Shown here: piece by piece, positions 35,604 to 44,712 of the stretch
How the letters are laid out: every line of letters begins with the position of its first letter
How positions within the stretch are numbered: the stretch's first letter is position 1
Origin: a virus
Taxonomy: Duplodnaviria > Caudoviricetes
DNA length: 51,208 bases
Strand: one strand, 5' to 3'
Virus record (IMG/VR): IMGVR_UViG_3300033418_000003
Coordinates: 1-51,208 of that record
Notes under the pieces: model-generated
Database searches by the model: none
Told to the model about the DNA's origin: nothing
What the model saw: only the letters and a program-made list of their open reading frames with translations
Position numbers and translations under genes: made by a program

Positions 35604-36861
35604 CGTTCACCTCACGGGTATTTCGGTCAAGGAAAAAGCTGGCCGTGCCAAGATAGCCGTCAATGCGACTTTTCACAATCGCCAATTCTATGATGTTGGG
35701 CGTTTCTGTATTCGGGTTGTAATACTCATCCCGGTAGAGCAACCCGATCAAATCAGAATCTTGTTCGATCATCCCGGAATCGGCCAGATCGGACATTGTC
35801 GGGCGCTTCTCGCCGCGCTGCTCGATGCCTCGGCTAATCTGATTCAAGGCCATCACGGTGAAGCTCAACCGGTCGGCTAGTTGTTTCATCGCCTTGCAAA
35901 CCGCGCCACGCTCTAGGTATGTATTCTCTTGACCGGCGCGGACGTGGCCCAAGTTATCCAATACCACCAGCCCAAGCGCGCCGTGGCGGTGGTATTCCCG
36001 GTTTATCGCTGCGGTAACGTGGGCCAGTCCAGTGTCGCCGCCATAGAAATACAATGGCAGCTCGGAGAGGCGTTTGCTGGCGTCCGCATAACGCGCCAAC
36101 AGCGCATCATCCAGCCCAGAGCGCACTTGACGAACGGGTATTTTTGCCATCGCGCACACCATCCGGCGGCGGATCGCCTCCGGGCTACTCTCGAAAGTGC
36201 AGTAGAGCACCGGCTTAGATTGCGCCACGCCCCGCGCAATGCGGATCGCCAACGCTGTCTTTCCCATCGAGGGACGCCCGGCGACAGTGAAGAGGCCCGC
36301 CCATAGCCCGTCAATGATGCTATCCAGGCCGCGTAACCCGGTAGAGACACCGCGTACTTCGGCAGACGATACCGGGTTCAATGACCATTCCGTAACCTGC
36401 GACAAGTCTCCGTCTTCCAGATCGGCGGCGCTGACAACGTTTTGTACCGAGAAGCCGCGCAGTAGCTCGCCGGCGGCCTCTGCTTTGGTGTCGGTTATAG
36501 GCCGGGCGGTATTATAGCTCGCCTGTAATAACCGTTGCGCAAGCGCCTCTGTTTTGCGGCGCTCGTATACATCCACAACCGCCGCGACATAGTTGTCAAG
36601 GTTCATTGCTGCCGGTATATCTTGGAGCTGCCCAAGATACCCGCGTAGACTCGGAATATCACAACGCCCGGTTCCGACCTCATCTTCTATGGAAAACGAG
36701 TTCACCGGCGCGCCGCGTTTTGATAATTCGCAGATCGCCTCAAACACAAGGCCGCGTATCCCGGCGAGTGCTCCAGCCGGCAAGTTTACATTATGGATAA
36801 GATTAGGTTGAAAATATAAAGACGCTAAAAGAGCATCGGCCATCGGTGTATCTTGTATCAT
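35584..36861 (-). CDS. dnaB: Replicative DnaB-like helicase
   Basis: AGRPSMGKT, VVLDNL, LNQISR, RPTMSDLADSGMIEQDSD, LYRDEYY. Start ATG 36861. Confidence 0.95.
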   Translation of the reverse strand: MIQDTPMADALLASLYFQPNLIHNVNLPAGALAGIRGLVFEAICELSKRGAPVNSFSIEDEVGTGRCDIPSLRGYLGQLQDIPAAMNLDNYVAAVVDVYERRKTEALAQRLLQASYNTARPITDTKAEAAGELLRGFSVQNVVSAADLEDGDLSQVTEWSLNPVSSAEVRGVSTGLRGLDSIIDGLWAGLFTVAGRPSMGKTALAIRIARGVAQSKPVLYCTFESSPEAIRRRMVCAMAKIPVRQVRSGLDDALLARYADASKRLSELPLYFYGGDTGLAHVTAAINREYHRHGALGLVVLDNLGHVRAGQENTYLERGAVCKAMKQLADRLSFTVMALNQISRGIEQRGEKRPTMSDLADSGMIEQDSDLIGLLYRDEYYNPNTETPNIIELAIVKSRIDGYLGTASFFLDRNTREVNDAKSKS

Positions 36862-36863
36862 TG

Positions 36864-37643
36864 CTATGCCTCCTGGTAGAATGTTGAGCCGCCCGGCAAT
36901 TGCCAACCGCTGCCCGGCGTTGCCGTTTTTACCGAATCACGCCACACCTGCCAATTCTCGCGGATCTGCGCTGCCGTCGGCGCTTGCCCTTTGCGCCCAC
37001 GCCAGTCGTTGGTGTACCACCACGCAGCGAAGGCGACCACCTGTTTCTCATCGGCGTTTACTTTCTCGTGTAGCAGCCTTGCAGTTTGCGTTACCTGCGC
37101 TTTCTGAGGATTTGTCGCCAGGCTCAGATTGGTTTTGGTTACTGTGGCAATAGCGAGTATTAGCTCGCGCGGTATTTTTGCTTTTGGCGTTGGCGCTGCG
37201 ATGCCGGGTAGTGTGGGCGTATCAATTGATGGTTCATTGACGGTTATTGATGGTTCAACTGCACTAGCTGTTTCACTTATTAAGTGAAAATCTTTCACTT
37301 TATCCTGCTCGGTTTTGCAGTTATTTGGCATAAGTGAAATATTTTCACTTAGAAGTTTTGAGGTTGTTTTTTCGCGTTGCTCTTTGGTCATTCCAGTTAA
37401 AACAGCGTATCTGTTTCCTGAATTCCTCACGTGCTTTGCCACTATTTCACCGCTTTGCTCAAGCCTGCGAATGATGTTGATGATAGAGCGCTCAGACATT
37501 CGCACCTTTTCGGCGAGGTAAGACATTCCCGGCCAGCAGATTCCATCATCGTTAGCGTTGTCGGCAATGGCGAGAAGCAATAGGAGGTCGCTTCCCTTGT
37601 GTGAGCTAAGTTCCCAAACGCGAGACATAATCTTTATGCTCAT
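36864..37643 (-). CDS. Phage replication initiator (N-terminal wHTH)
   Basis: LLLAIADNANDDGICWPGMSYLAEKVRMSERSI typical replisome organiser; upstream of DnaB; contains iteron-like repeats. Confidence 0.88.
   Translation of the reverse strand: MSIKIMSRVWELSSHKGSDLLLLLAIADNANDDGICWPGMSYLAEKVRMSERSIINIIRRLEQSGEIVAKHVRNSGNRYAVLTGMTKEQREKTTSKLLSENISLMPNNCKTEQDKVKDFHLISETASAVEPSITVNEPSIDTPTLPGIAAPTPKAKIPRELILAIATVTKTNLSLATNPQKAQVTQTARLLHEKVNADEKQVVAFAAWWYTNDWRGRKGQAPTAAQIRENWQVWRDSVKTATPGSGWQLPGGSTFYQEA
37271..37351. repeat. Probable replication origin iterons inside initiator gene
   Basis: Five AAGTGAAA/TTTCACTT half-sites (37271, 37281, 37293, 37331, 37343) forming palindromes in an AT-rich patch. 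Confidence 0.75.
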
Positions 37644-38041
37644 TGCTCGCCGCCTATTCTATCTATTTCGAAAGTAATCTCAGACTTTGCTAGTATCTCA
37701 ATTGATACTGACAGTAGATGGATCGCCTCATCCAGTCTTTCGTTTTCTATGTTTTTTCTGTGCCTGTCTATTGTATAGCACACCGCAAGCAGTGGCTCAA
37801 CTAGCTTCTCGTGTAAAAGCGCCCTATATTCTCCTATATTCCTTGAGTATTTCTCCTGGTTGCACAGCCTGCACGACGGGAGAAGATTGCTTATGTCATT
37901 GTTTCCGTTGTCCGACTTTGGAATGACGTGTTCTATGTGCCAATCTCCATTTTTGTCTATGTCGGCACCACAATATGCGCAAACTCCTCCGGTCTTTTTG
38001 TACACTCTATCGCGCTTGCTTTTTGATATTCTACCAGCCAT
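37640..38041 (-). CDS. HNH endonuclease
   Basis: CAYCG, HIEHVIPKS, NLLPSCRLCNQEK; start ATG 38041. Confidence 0.92.
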   Translation of the reverse strand: MAGRISKSKRDRVYKKTGGVCAYCGADIDKNGDWHIEHVIPKSDNGNNDISNLLPSCRLCNQEKYSRNIGEYRALLHEKLVEPLLAVCYTIDRHRKNIENERLDEAIHLLSVSIEILAKSEITFEIDRIGGEQ

Positions 38042-38069
38042 TGCTATGCCTCCTGTTTCAGAAAACAAA

Positions 38070-38231
38070 AACGCCCTAAACTTTGGTTGACGGTCTCGGC
38101 CTGCGGCAATGACCTACTATGGCTGGTAGTAGGGCAAACCGGAGACCGCCCACCAAAACTTAGGGCGTTCCCTGTTACGCTTTTCATCATTGCCGTTTGT
38201 CTAAAGTCCACGGTGAGGTTGCCATCCTCAC
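38070..38231 (-). ncRNA. Structured leader of replication operon (C4/CI-antisense-like architecture)
   Basis: Long stem 38070-38169 with inner hairpin and bulge TCATTGCCG complementary to upstream CGGCAATGA; 5' hairpin GTGAGG/CCTCAC; -10 box at 38249-38244. Confidence 0.6.
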
Positions 38232-38258
38232 TGCGCTAATTCCATTATACCACGATTT

Positions 38259-39242
38259 CTAGTCGTCTCCGCCAAGTCCGTCAAGCGCATCAAACAGCGT
38301 TGGAACGTATACCGACTCGCGATCAACCGCCTCCAGGTTTTTTACGGCCTGTCGAAAATACGACGGCTTCAACTCTACGCCAACCGCGCGCCGCCCAAGT
38401 CTAACCGTGCTATAAACCTCAGACCCAACGCCCATAAACGGAGTCAAAACCGTGTCGCCTTCGTTTGACCACAGAACAAGCGCCCGGTCAATGACATCCA
38501 ATTGCAGCGGGTGGACGTGTTTTTCGTCGTCACTGTCGCGTGATTCGCGAAACGGCAAAACCCGGTCAATGCGAATATCATCCCAGAACGCGCTGGCATA
38601 CTGTCGCCAAATCCAATGCGAGTAGCGGTTCTCGATTTGGTTTCCCTGCCATCCCCGGTATTTCAGAACATCGGCGGGTATTTGTCGTTCTCCGGCGTAT
38701 TCCATCAAACCGTTAGGATGGGTTATCGGCTCCGGGTTTTCGCCATCCTTGCGAAACAGTAATAGGTAATCGGCGCTGGCGACTCCGCAGCGGCTAGAAT
38801 CCTCTACCAGGCTTCTGTGTGCCAGGTGTTTTGCCATTGTCCGGTTACGTACTGCGAGCGGTTCTTTCCATACGTGGTAGCGCGCCGTGTATTTGAAGCC
38901 GATTTTGTCGTGTAGGCGAATGATGTCACCGGGAAAGTCCATCAAATGATCAATGCCGGTATTCCCGCTTGGTACGTCCATACAGTGAACCGCCGTCAGT
39001 CTTCCGGGCATTGTCAACCGGTAAATCTCGCTCACGACATACTCATAGTGTGACAGAAATTCAGGATAGTCGCGGCTGTTACTCAGATCGCGCGGACTAC
39101 TGCTGTAATGGTACAATCCGGCGAATGGCGGAGAATAAATAGAGAAGTGAATCGATCCTTCAGGAAGTCGCGGCATAACTTCGCAGCAATCGTCAAGGTA
39201 CAAAGCATAACGGTCGGTAACAACTTGTCTTATCTCATCCAT
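38259..39242 (-). CDS. DNA N4/N6 methyltransferase (beta class)
   Basis: IYSPPF, KHVHPLQLD, VLTPFMGVGSE. Confidence 0.9.
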   Translation of the reverse strand: MDEIRQVVTDRYALYLDDCCEVMPRLPEGSIHFSIYSPPFAGLYHYSSSPRDLSNSRDYPEFLSHYEYVVSEIYRLTMPGRLTAVHCMDVPSGNTGIDHLMDFPGDIIRLHDKIGFKYTARYHVWKEPLAVRNRTMAKHLAHRSLVEDSSRCGVASADYLLLFRKDGENPEPITHPNGLMEYAGERQIPADVLKYRGWQGNQIENRYSHWIWRQYASAFWDDIRIDRVLPFRESRDSDDEKHVHPLQLDVIDRALVLWSNEGDTVLTPFMGVGSEVYSTVRLGRRAVGVELKPSYFRQAVKNLEAVDRESVYVPTLFDALDGLGGDD

Positions 39243-40597
39243 TGCGGAACCTCCATATTCTGATTTTGAGTGTAAACATTCTCGACGCTTTGCGCGTCAT
39301 TCATAAAGGAAACCAAATCTTCAAACATTCTATCGGCTGCTTCTGACTTGCGTTTGAGGTTTTCCATCATCCGCTCGCCACCATCGGTATAAATCAGGTC
39401 AACCGTTACCGGTCTGGTTTGTCCAAACCGCCATAAGCGGCGCGTTGCCTGATAATACTGCTCATAGCTATGGGTTGGGAAGTAAGTCATATGATTGCAG
39501 TGTTGAAAGTTCATCCCGAACCCGAAAATCTTAGGCTTACTGATAAGAACGCGGCGCTCGTCGCTACCATTGACAAACCAGTTTGCCGCCGCTTCCTTTT
39601 TGTCGTCTGAATCACTTCCGGAAATCTCGATAGAGTTTGGGATGATTTCCTTTAGAGTTTTTGCTTCATCATTCAGATGGCACCAAACCAACGAGACGTT
39701 ATTCCGCGACACTTTTTCGGCTACGGCTTCGCAGCGTTCGTTGATGGTGCGCCGCGTCACTTCGCGCTCCTCAAAGAAGTTTGCCGCCGGCAGATCGAAG
39801 AGCATACCCTGGCGTGGCGAAACCGCTTTGATAAGTGTATGGTCTTCATTCAGCGCTGGCAGGGTGAACCCGTCGTTGTCGAATCCGAGATCGGCAGGAC
39901 GGCGCGCCGCTCTTGCCCACGACGCTACCCAACGCCAGAACGGTTTCTCGGCGTGGCCCTTGAGTCGCCATTCGTCGGTACCGTGTCTCCAAGTCCGCAG
40001 CGCCGCCGTGTTTTCCTTGTTAGTAAAAAACTTGTGCAACATATCCATATAACCCAGGTATCCGAGCGCCTCCGATGACGTGCCTAACTCTACCCAATCA
40101 TTCGGCGCTGCCGTTGCCGTGCAAAGCAATCGATAAGGGACGCGCCGCATAAACTCGGTTATCTCTGCTTTGCGAGTACCGTCAAAGTTTTTCAGGATGC
40201 TCGACTCATCACAGACGACACCACCATAAATATTACTGTCGAAGTGGTGCAGCTTCTCATAGTTGGTGACGTGTATCGCAAGTTTACCGGCGCTATGTTC
40301 ACGGTATGCTTCGATGCCGAATTTATGCGCCTCTGCTACGGTTTGCCCGCTCACAGCCAGCGGCGTTAGAATCAGCACCGGCTTACCGGTCTGTAATACC
40401 ACGTTTTGCGCCCATACCAATTGCATCAAAGTCTTTCCCATACCGCAGTCTGCGAAGATCGCGGCGCGCCCCTTGCGAACTGCCCAATCTACCAACGCCT
40501 TTTGAAAATCGAAAAGCGCGTTCGGCATAAATGACGGGGAAAAACCGCTATCAGCGCCGTAGTCCTGTTTGCTGCCAACAAATTCATTATAGTTCAT
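39230..40597 (-). CDS. SF2 (SNF2-like) helicase/ATPase
   Basis: ADCGMGKT, VCDES, TATAAPN, GMNFQ, YQATRRLWRFGQ. Start ATG 40597. Confidence 0.9.
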   Translation of the reverse strand: MNYNEFVGSKQDYGADSGFSPSFMPNALFDFQKALVDWAVRKGRAAIFADCGMGKTLMQLVWAQNVVLQTGKPVLILTPLAVSGQTVAEAHKFGIEAYREHSAGKLAIHVTNYEKLHHFDSNIYGGVVCDESSILKNFDGTRKAEITEFMRRVPYRLLCTATAAPNDWVELGTSSEALGYLGYMDMLHKFFTNKENTAALRTWRHGTDEWRLKGHAEKPFWRWVASWARAARRPADLGFDNDGFTLPALNEDHTLIKAVSPRQGMLFDLPAANFFEEREVTRRTINERCEAVAEKVSRNNVSLVWCHLNDEAKTLKEIIPNSIEISGSDSDDKKEAAANWFVNGSDERRVLISKPKIFGFGMNFQHCNHMTYFPTHSYEQYYQATRRLWRFGQTRPVTVDLIYTDGGERMMENLKRKSEAADRMFEDLVSFMNDAQSVENVYTQNQNMEVPQWMR

Positions 40598-41034
40598 CAC
40601 AACACCATCCTCAACCACGTCCAAAACGCGGCGTCAACACTGCCGAACCCGCCAAGCGCCCAATAGCCATCACGCACCCTGACCCGCTCCCAATACGCCC
40701 TGTCAGCGGCAAAGCACGTCGCCTCATAGGCGTTCTCGCCGAGCAACGTTTGCCCGTTGTTCTCGGTAAACCTAAACACCATCCCTCCCCAGTTCACCGC
40801 GTCCAACTGGCACAACACCAGCACCGTCCCGCGTGTTGGCGAAAACCACGCTTCCGCCGCTACGCATAACCCGTTGAGATATGCCGCGCGTATCGCCTCA
40901 GCTTCGGCGTGCTTGGCGTTGGCGTGGGCGACGTTGCGCGCCACCAACAGCACGCCAACGACCAGGACAACGCCGGCGGCGACCAACACCGCCGGGTTTC
41001 CGCGTCGTCTCGGCATTATCGCCGCCGCAGCCAT
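40597..41034 (-). CDS. Membrane-anchored hypothetical protein
   Basis: RRR followed by hydrophobic segment. Confidence 0.6.
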   Translation of the reverse strand: MAAAAIMPRRRGNPAVLVAAGVVLVVGVLLVARNVAHANAKHAEAEAIRAAYLNGLCVAAEAWFSPTRGTVLVLCQLDAVNWGGMVFRFTENNGQTLLGENAYEATCFAADRAYWERVRVRDGYWALGGFGSVDAAFWTWLRMVL

Positions 41035-41173
41035 CGCGCCACCGCCTCTGCCGTGTACTCAAAAGCGCAGGCCGCGTGCCAGACAATGAGCCGCGCAATG
41101 CTTTCCAATTGCCAGCGCAGCGCCCGATGTCGCGCTGCCGACGGGATGTTTTTGACGTAACCGAAAAGCTCTT

Positions 41174-41566
41174 TCATTCTCTTACCTCCATATACCCATT
41201 ATCCCAGGATTGCATACGCTCCCACTGCCTGCGCTTTTCGCTGCTCCAAAAGTGCCAATCCTCTACCGGTTCAAAACCACGCCCGTCATCGCTTCTGTAT
41301 ATGCCGTCCTGGATAGCATACGAACACGCAACCCATGTATTTGTCAGCGAATAGATTCCACCGCCAAACATATCAACGCCGATTGCTTTCTTGCAATGCG
41401 CGAACCATTGCGGCGATAAAGTCAACCCGTGTTTTTCCATCGTTCCTGCGAGTCTGTCAACCGCTTCGCGTGCTATACCGCCGCAAGACCCGCTTCCATT
41501 GAACCAGCTGTAGTGCTGCCCAAGCCCAATTTCTCGCATAATCGTTTCTTCTAATTCAACGGCCAT
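41174..41566 (-). CDS. Hypothetical protein
   Basis: 130 aa, GAGGAGG RBS. Confidence 0.7.
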   Translation of the reverse strand: MAVELEETIMREIGLGQHYSWFNGSGSCGGIAREAVDRLAGTMEKHGLTLSPQWFAHCKKAIGVDMFGGGIYSLTNTWVACSYAIQDGIYRSDDGRGFEPVEDWHFWSSEKRRQWERMQSWDNGYMEVRE

Positions 41567-41578
41567 CTCTATACCTCC

Positions 41579-41659
41579 TCAAAACAGAACGAACGCCGCC
41601 AAAATGCAGGCGAACACGGCCATCATCAACAGCGCAATGAGCCAGTAACGGGCGGTCAT
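41579..41659 (-). CDS. 26-aa transmembrane peptide (not in ORF track)
   Basis: MTARYWLIALLMMAVFACILAAFVLF; ATGA coupling, GAGGTG RBS. Confidence 0.55.
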   Translation of the reverse strand: MTARYWLIALLMMAVFACILAAFVLF

Positions 41660-41865
41660 TGCTTCACCTCATCAAACCATCCCTGCTGCGCCATTGACTT
41701 GGCCAGCGCGAACCCGGCGCGAAAAGCTAGAAACAGCTCATTGACTGCGCCATCCTGGTAGATGCAACCGCGCGTCCAGATCGCTTTGTCTTCACGGTCG
41801 AGGCGGCGACCTTTGCCGACGGTGCGTTCAAAAACGGCCATCATATCGCTGTGCTCTTTGTTCAT
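41656..41865 (-). CDS. Hypothetical protein
   Basis: 69 aa, AGGAG RBS. Confidence 0.65.
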   Translation of the reverse strand: MNKEHSDMMAVFERTVGKGRRLDREDKAIWTRGCIYQDGAVNELFLAFRAGFALAKSMAQQGWFDEVKQ

Positions 41866-42083
41866 TTTGCGCTCCTATCGCGTACCAAACCGCGCCGAAC
41901 CAAGTCGGCCAGAATGATATCGCGGTTGGTGTTGTCTGGATTCTTTACGAACCGCGCCGCCGTCGGCTTGAATGTGGCAGAGTCAACATCATTGATCATT
42001 GCGGTGTTCGCGTCGCCAGTTTCGGCGATTTCAATATCGCACATATAGAAGCCGTCAGGGTGAAATACGCTCCATCTCATCAC
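41862..42083 (-). CDS. Hypothetical protein
   Basis: 73 aa, GGAGGTG RBS. Confidence 0.6.
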   Translation of the reverse strand: MMRWSVFHPDGFYMCDIEIAETGDANTAMINDVDSATFKPTAARFVKNPDNTNRDIILADLVRRGLVRDRSAK

Positions 42084-42355
42084 TTCACCTCCAGCAGTTT
42101 CAGCGCTTTCTCTACCTGATCGTATTCCGCGCTGTGATAGCCATTTCTCGCAAAGTCAAGAGCGCTACGCAACCGCACCACCAAATCCCGCATATCCGCA
42201 GCGCTCATAATGTATGCCACCGGCTCAACTTTGCGCTCGCCACCGTCGGCGATCGCTCCAGTGGCCGCTCTCGCCACCTCGATTATTCCTTCCTCAGCTT
42301 GCGCGATGGCTTGCGGCGCTTTGCGCGCCAGCTCAGTCATTGTCATTCGTTTCAT
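42080..42355 (-). CDS. Phd/YefM-like antitoxin-fold protein
   Basis: MKRMTMTELARKAPQAIAQAEEGIIEVAR...EPVAYIMSAADM fits the Phd/YefM N-terminal pattern; GGAGG RBS at ATG 42355. Confidence 0.6.
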   Translation of the reverse strand: MKRMTMTELARKAPQAIAQAEEGIIEVARAATGAIADGGERKVEPVAYIMSAADMRDLVVRLRSALDFARNGYHSAEYDQVEKALKLLEVK

Positions 42356-42388
42356 CGTAACCTCCGCTTGCTTCACTAAACTACTTTA

Positions 42389-42446
42389 ATTATACACACA
42401 ATCGCGCAGGCGTCTATATGATAGATGTAACCTATTTCCTATGACA
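42389..42446 (-). promoter_or_regulatory. Leftward early promoter
   Basis: TAGACG-N16-TATAAT with upstream GTTACATCTATCAT and TGTCAT. Confidence 0.7.
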
Positions 42447-42501
42447 TTCAGCGCCGTCGCAGCTCCGCCAAAACAACGAAAATGAGTATACTTTCGCCGC
42501 G

Positions 42502-42574
42502 TTTGTCAAGTGTCATTTGACATAAAATACAAGGAAACTTGTCACTATATTTGCCAGGCGTTAGGCGCTATACT
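42502..42574 (+). promoter_or_regulatory. Rightward early promoter
   Basis: TGTCAC-N23-TATACT; upstream 45 bp is 35/45 identical to 49103-49147. Confidence 0.7.
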
Positions 42575-42609
42575 GTAGGCATCATTAAGACAAGCGCAGG
42601 AGGCACACG

Positions 42610-43056
42610 ATGAGCACCTATTTGAGAGCGAATCATACCATTCAGGGAAGCCATATCAACGCGCAAACTTTACCGGCGCACGACGCCTCTATCCGTTTCA
42701 ACTGCGCTTATGATCGAATGCGCATCACGTTTGATTTCGACAAGAGCGCCATCATTACCGAACTTCCTGAGCAGTTCATTGAAGACTGCGAGACTGTCGG
42801 AGAAAAGGAATTCTACTACGTAGCCGGTAAGCTGGCCGCGATGACAGCGCAGATCAAAGCCGAGATGGCCTGGGAGTTTGGAAAAATGGTATTCCGCACA
42901 ACCAAGCACGACCTAGACGAATTTGAGGCGCAACGTAAGGCGAAAATGCCCGCCGGGTGCAGCCGCGAACTTTGCGAAGATTGCCAGGCCCGCCACGATT
43001 GCGACAATGTGGATGTTTACTATGCGGCAGATATTGACGCCGCTCATTTTGATTAA
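42610..43056 (+). CDS. Hypothetical protein with C-terminal Cys cluster
   Basis: AGGAGG RBS; CSRELCEDCQARHDC. Confidence 0.7.
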   Translation: MSTYLRANHTIQGSHINAQTLPAHDASIRFNCAYDRMRITFDFDKSAIITELPEQFIEDCETVGEKEFYYVAGKLAAMTAQIKAEMAWEFGKMVFRTTKHDLDEFEAQRKAKMPAGCSRELCEDCQARHDCDNVDVYYAADIDAAHFD

Positions 43057-43071
43057 CAGGAGGTTACTTTT

Positions 43072-43968
43072 ATGGACGCGAAAACAGCACTTTACCGTAT
43101 TCAACAGACACAACCGAAGGCGACGTTACAGGATGCCGAGGCTTATCTTGCTCAGTGCGATGAGGCCGGGCTTGTACCGTTTGAGGAGATGCATTGCCTC
43201 ATAACGGATTACGTCCGCAAGGACGGTACTCACGTTCACTCTATGAGCACTAAGCGCCATTATGCCGTATCCCATCGCTGGGCGCGTCAAAATGGCGGGT
43301 ATACTATTCGGGTAGATCGCGGGTGGGTTGACAATGGTAACTACCATCACGAGGTAAGTATCGTCAACAATAATGATTACGCGGCTGTTTCGCGCCTTGC
43401 GTCCGCCGGCGGGTGGTCGCGTCAGGAAATTGAAGAGGAATTGCGCGCTTTCTACGTCACTTCCGAGGGCATTGTAACCGCTACCGAGGCGTCCCGCAAA
43501 ACCGCCGAAACCGGGTTGTCTCCTGACAAGAAAGCGCGAAAGCGGGCGTTAGAATCTGCCGAGAAAGCAATGTTTGGCATTGAGCCTGGCAAGGCGCGCG
43601 AACTGTACACGGCTATCGCCGGAAGCGCCCGCGATGCAGCAGCGGCGCTCTACGGCGCGCCCGAACCGCGCCGCGAGGCCCTGCCGTCGCCAGTTGAGAT
43701 TGTGACTGAACCGCGCCCGGTTGAGGAAGAGGAATCCCAGTTTCCTGAAAAAATCGAAGCGCAGTCACCTACCATCACCATCGGCGGGAAGCCTGAGCCA
43801 GTGTCAGAGATGACCGATAAGCGCCTGCAGTGGTTCGCAGAAAACGGTAAGGGCTTAGATTGGAACCACGCGCGAGCCGAACTTGATCGCCGCCGCTTAT
43901 TGGCTGAAACAACCGAACTGGAAGCGGGTGGTACTGAGCAGGTGAGTCAAGATGAACCAACGCTTTAA
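43072..43968 (+). CDS. Single-strand annealing recombinase, RecT/Bet-like
   Basis: YLAQCDEAGLVPF and PDKKARKRALESAEKAMF resemble the conserved ends of the RecT/Bet core; acidic C-terminal tail. Confidence 0.6.
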   Translation: MDAKTALYRIQQTQPKATLQDAEAYLAQCDEAGLVPFEEMHCLITDYVRKDGTHVHSMSTKRHYAVSHRWARQNGGYTIRVDRGWVDNGNYHHEVSIVNNNDYAAVSRLASAGGWSRQEIEEELRAFYVTSEGIVTATEASRKTAETGLSPDKKARKRALESAEKAMFGIEPGKARELYTAIAGSARDAAAALYGAPEPRREALPSPVEIVTEPRPVEEEESQFPEKIEAQSPTITIGGKPEPVSEMTDKRLQWFAENGKGLDWNHARAELDRRRLLAETTELEAGGTEQVSQDEPTL

Positions 43969-44428
43969 CAACGCTACCACACCGGAGGGCCGCCCGATCG
44001 CTGCCCTCACGGCCGATGAGCTGGCGGCAATGGATCAACGCTGCGCGCTGTATGCCGAAACCTGCGAATCACGCAACATCCCACGCCGCGCCGACTATAC
44101 TCTGACCTGCGCCGCCGTCTCACACGAAATCAACAAGCGGGCCGCGCAATCCGGCACTATCGCTGAGGCGTTCACTGAATTTGCCGAGCTGCGCCGCCAG
44201 TGCATCGCCGACGGGTATGTCATTCCGCCCATCGCCGGGACCCCGCCGCGCGCCGCCATTGACGCGGTTTGTGATCTGCTACGCGAGGCGCTCGTGGTGG
44301 CCGTTCCGTTACCCGACGAACCGGCAGACGTTACCACGGCGATAACCGATGACTACCGCGCGCAAATTGACGCGGCGATTAAGGCGCTCAATGCGCCGAC
44401 TGAAGCAAATCAGCGCCCGCAGTTTTGA
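43952..44428 (+). CDS. Hypothetical protein
   Basis: 158 aa, AGGTGAG RBS. Confidence 0.65.
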   Translation: MNQRFNNATTPEGRPIAALTADELAAMDQRCALYAETCESRNIPRRADYTLTCAAVSHEINKRAAQSGTIAEAFTEFAELRRQCIADGYVIPPIAGTPPRAAIDAVCDLLREALVVAVPLPDEPADVTTAITDDYRAQIDAAIKALNAPTEANQRPQF

Positions 44429-44438
44429 CAACGCGCTA

Positions 44439-44478
44439 GAATCGGCCCTGTGGCCTCAAATCGCCACAGGGCGCGATT
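44439..44478 (+). terminator. Intergenic hairpin
   Basis: GCCCTGTGGC-CTCAAATC-GCCACAGGGC 10-bp stem, weak T-run. Confidence 0.5.
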
Positions 44479-44502
44479 TAAAACCGAAACAGGTGAAATG
44501 AT

Positions 44503-44712
44503 ATGGATGAACAACTACAAGAGATTTATGCGCTCGCTACTTTGGCTTTAGGCCGCTGCAATGAAACGGCGACCAACATGGAAACAGCCGCTAGATTACT
44601 GCCACCCGGTAGCGCCGCGCGGATGAACATTGCGCGCGCGCAAAACCGCAACGAGGTGGCGCGGTTGCTGTTGCGCGATTTGATGCGCGTGGTGATGGAT
44701 GGTGAAAAATGA
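44503..44712 (+). CDS. Hypothetical helical protein
   Basis: 69 aa, ATGA-coupled to next gene. Confidence 0.6.
   Translation: MDEQLQEIYALATLALGRCNETATNMETAARLLPPGSAARMNIARAQNRNEVARLLLRDLMRVVMDGEK

Noticed and set aside
33730-39242. Restriction-modification system from two methyltransferases plus HNH
   Set aside because: Orphan methyltransferases and HNH genes are routine in phage replication modules; no cognate restriction enzyme is evident.
68-42000. Many long plus-strand ORFs (e.g. 683-1591, 4641-5354, 18264-18947, 25602-26210)
   Set aside because: Antisense shadows of well-supported GC-rich minus-strand genes; no motifs or RBS.
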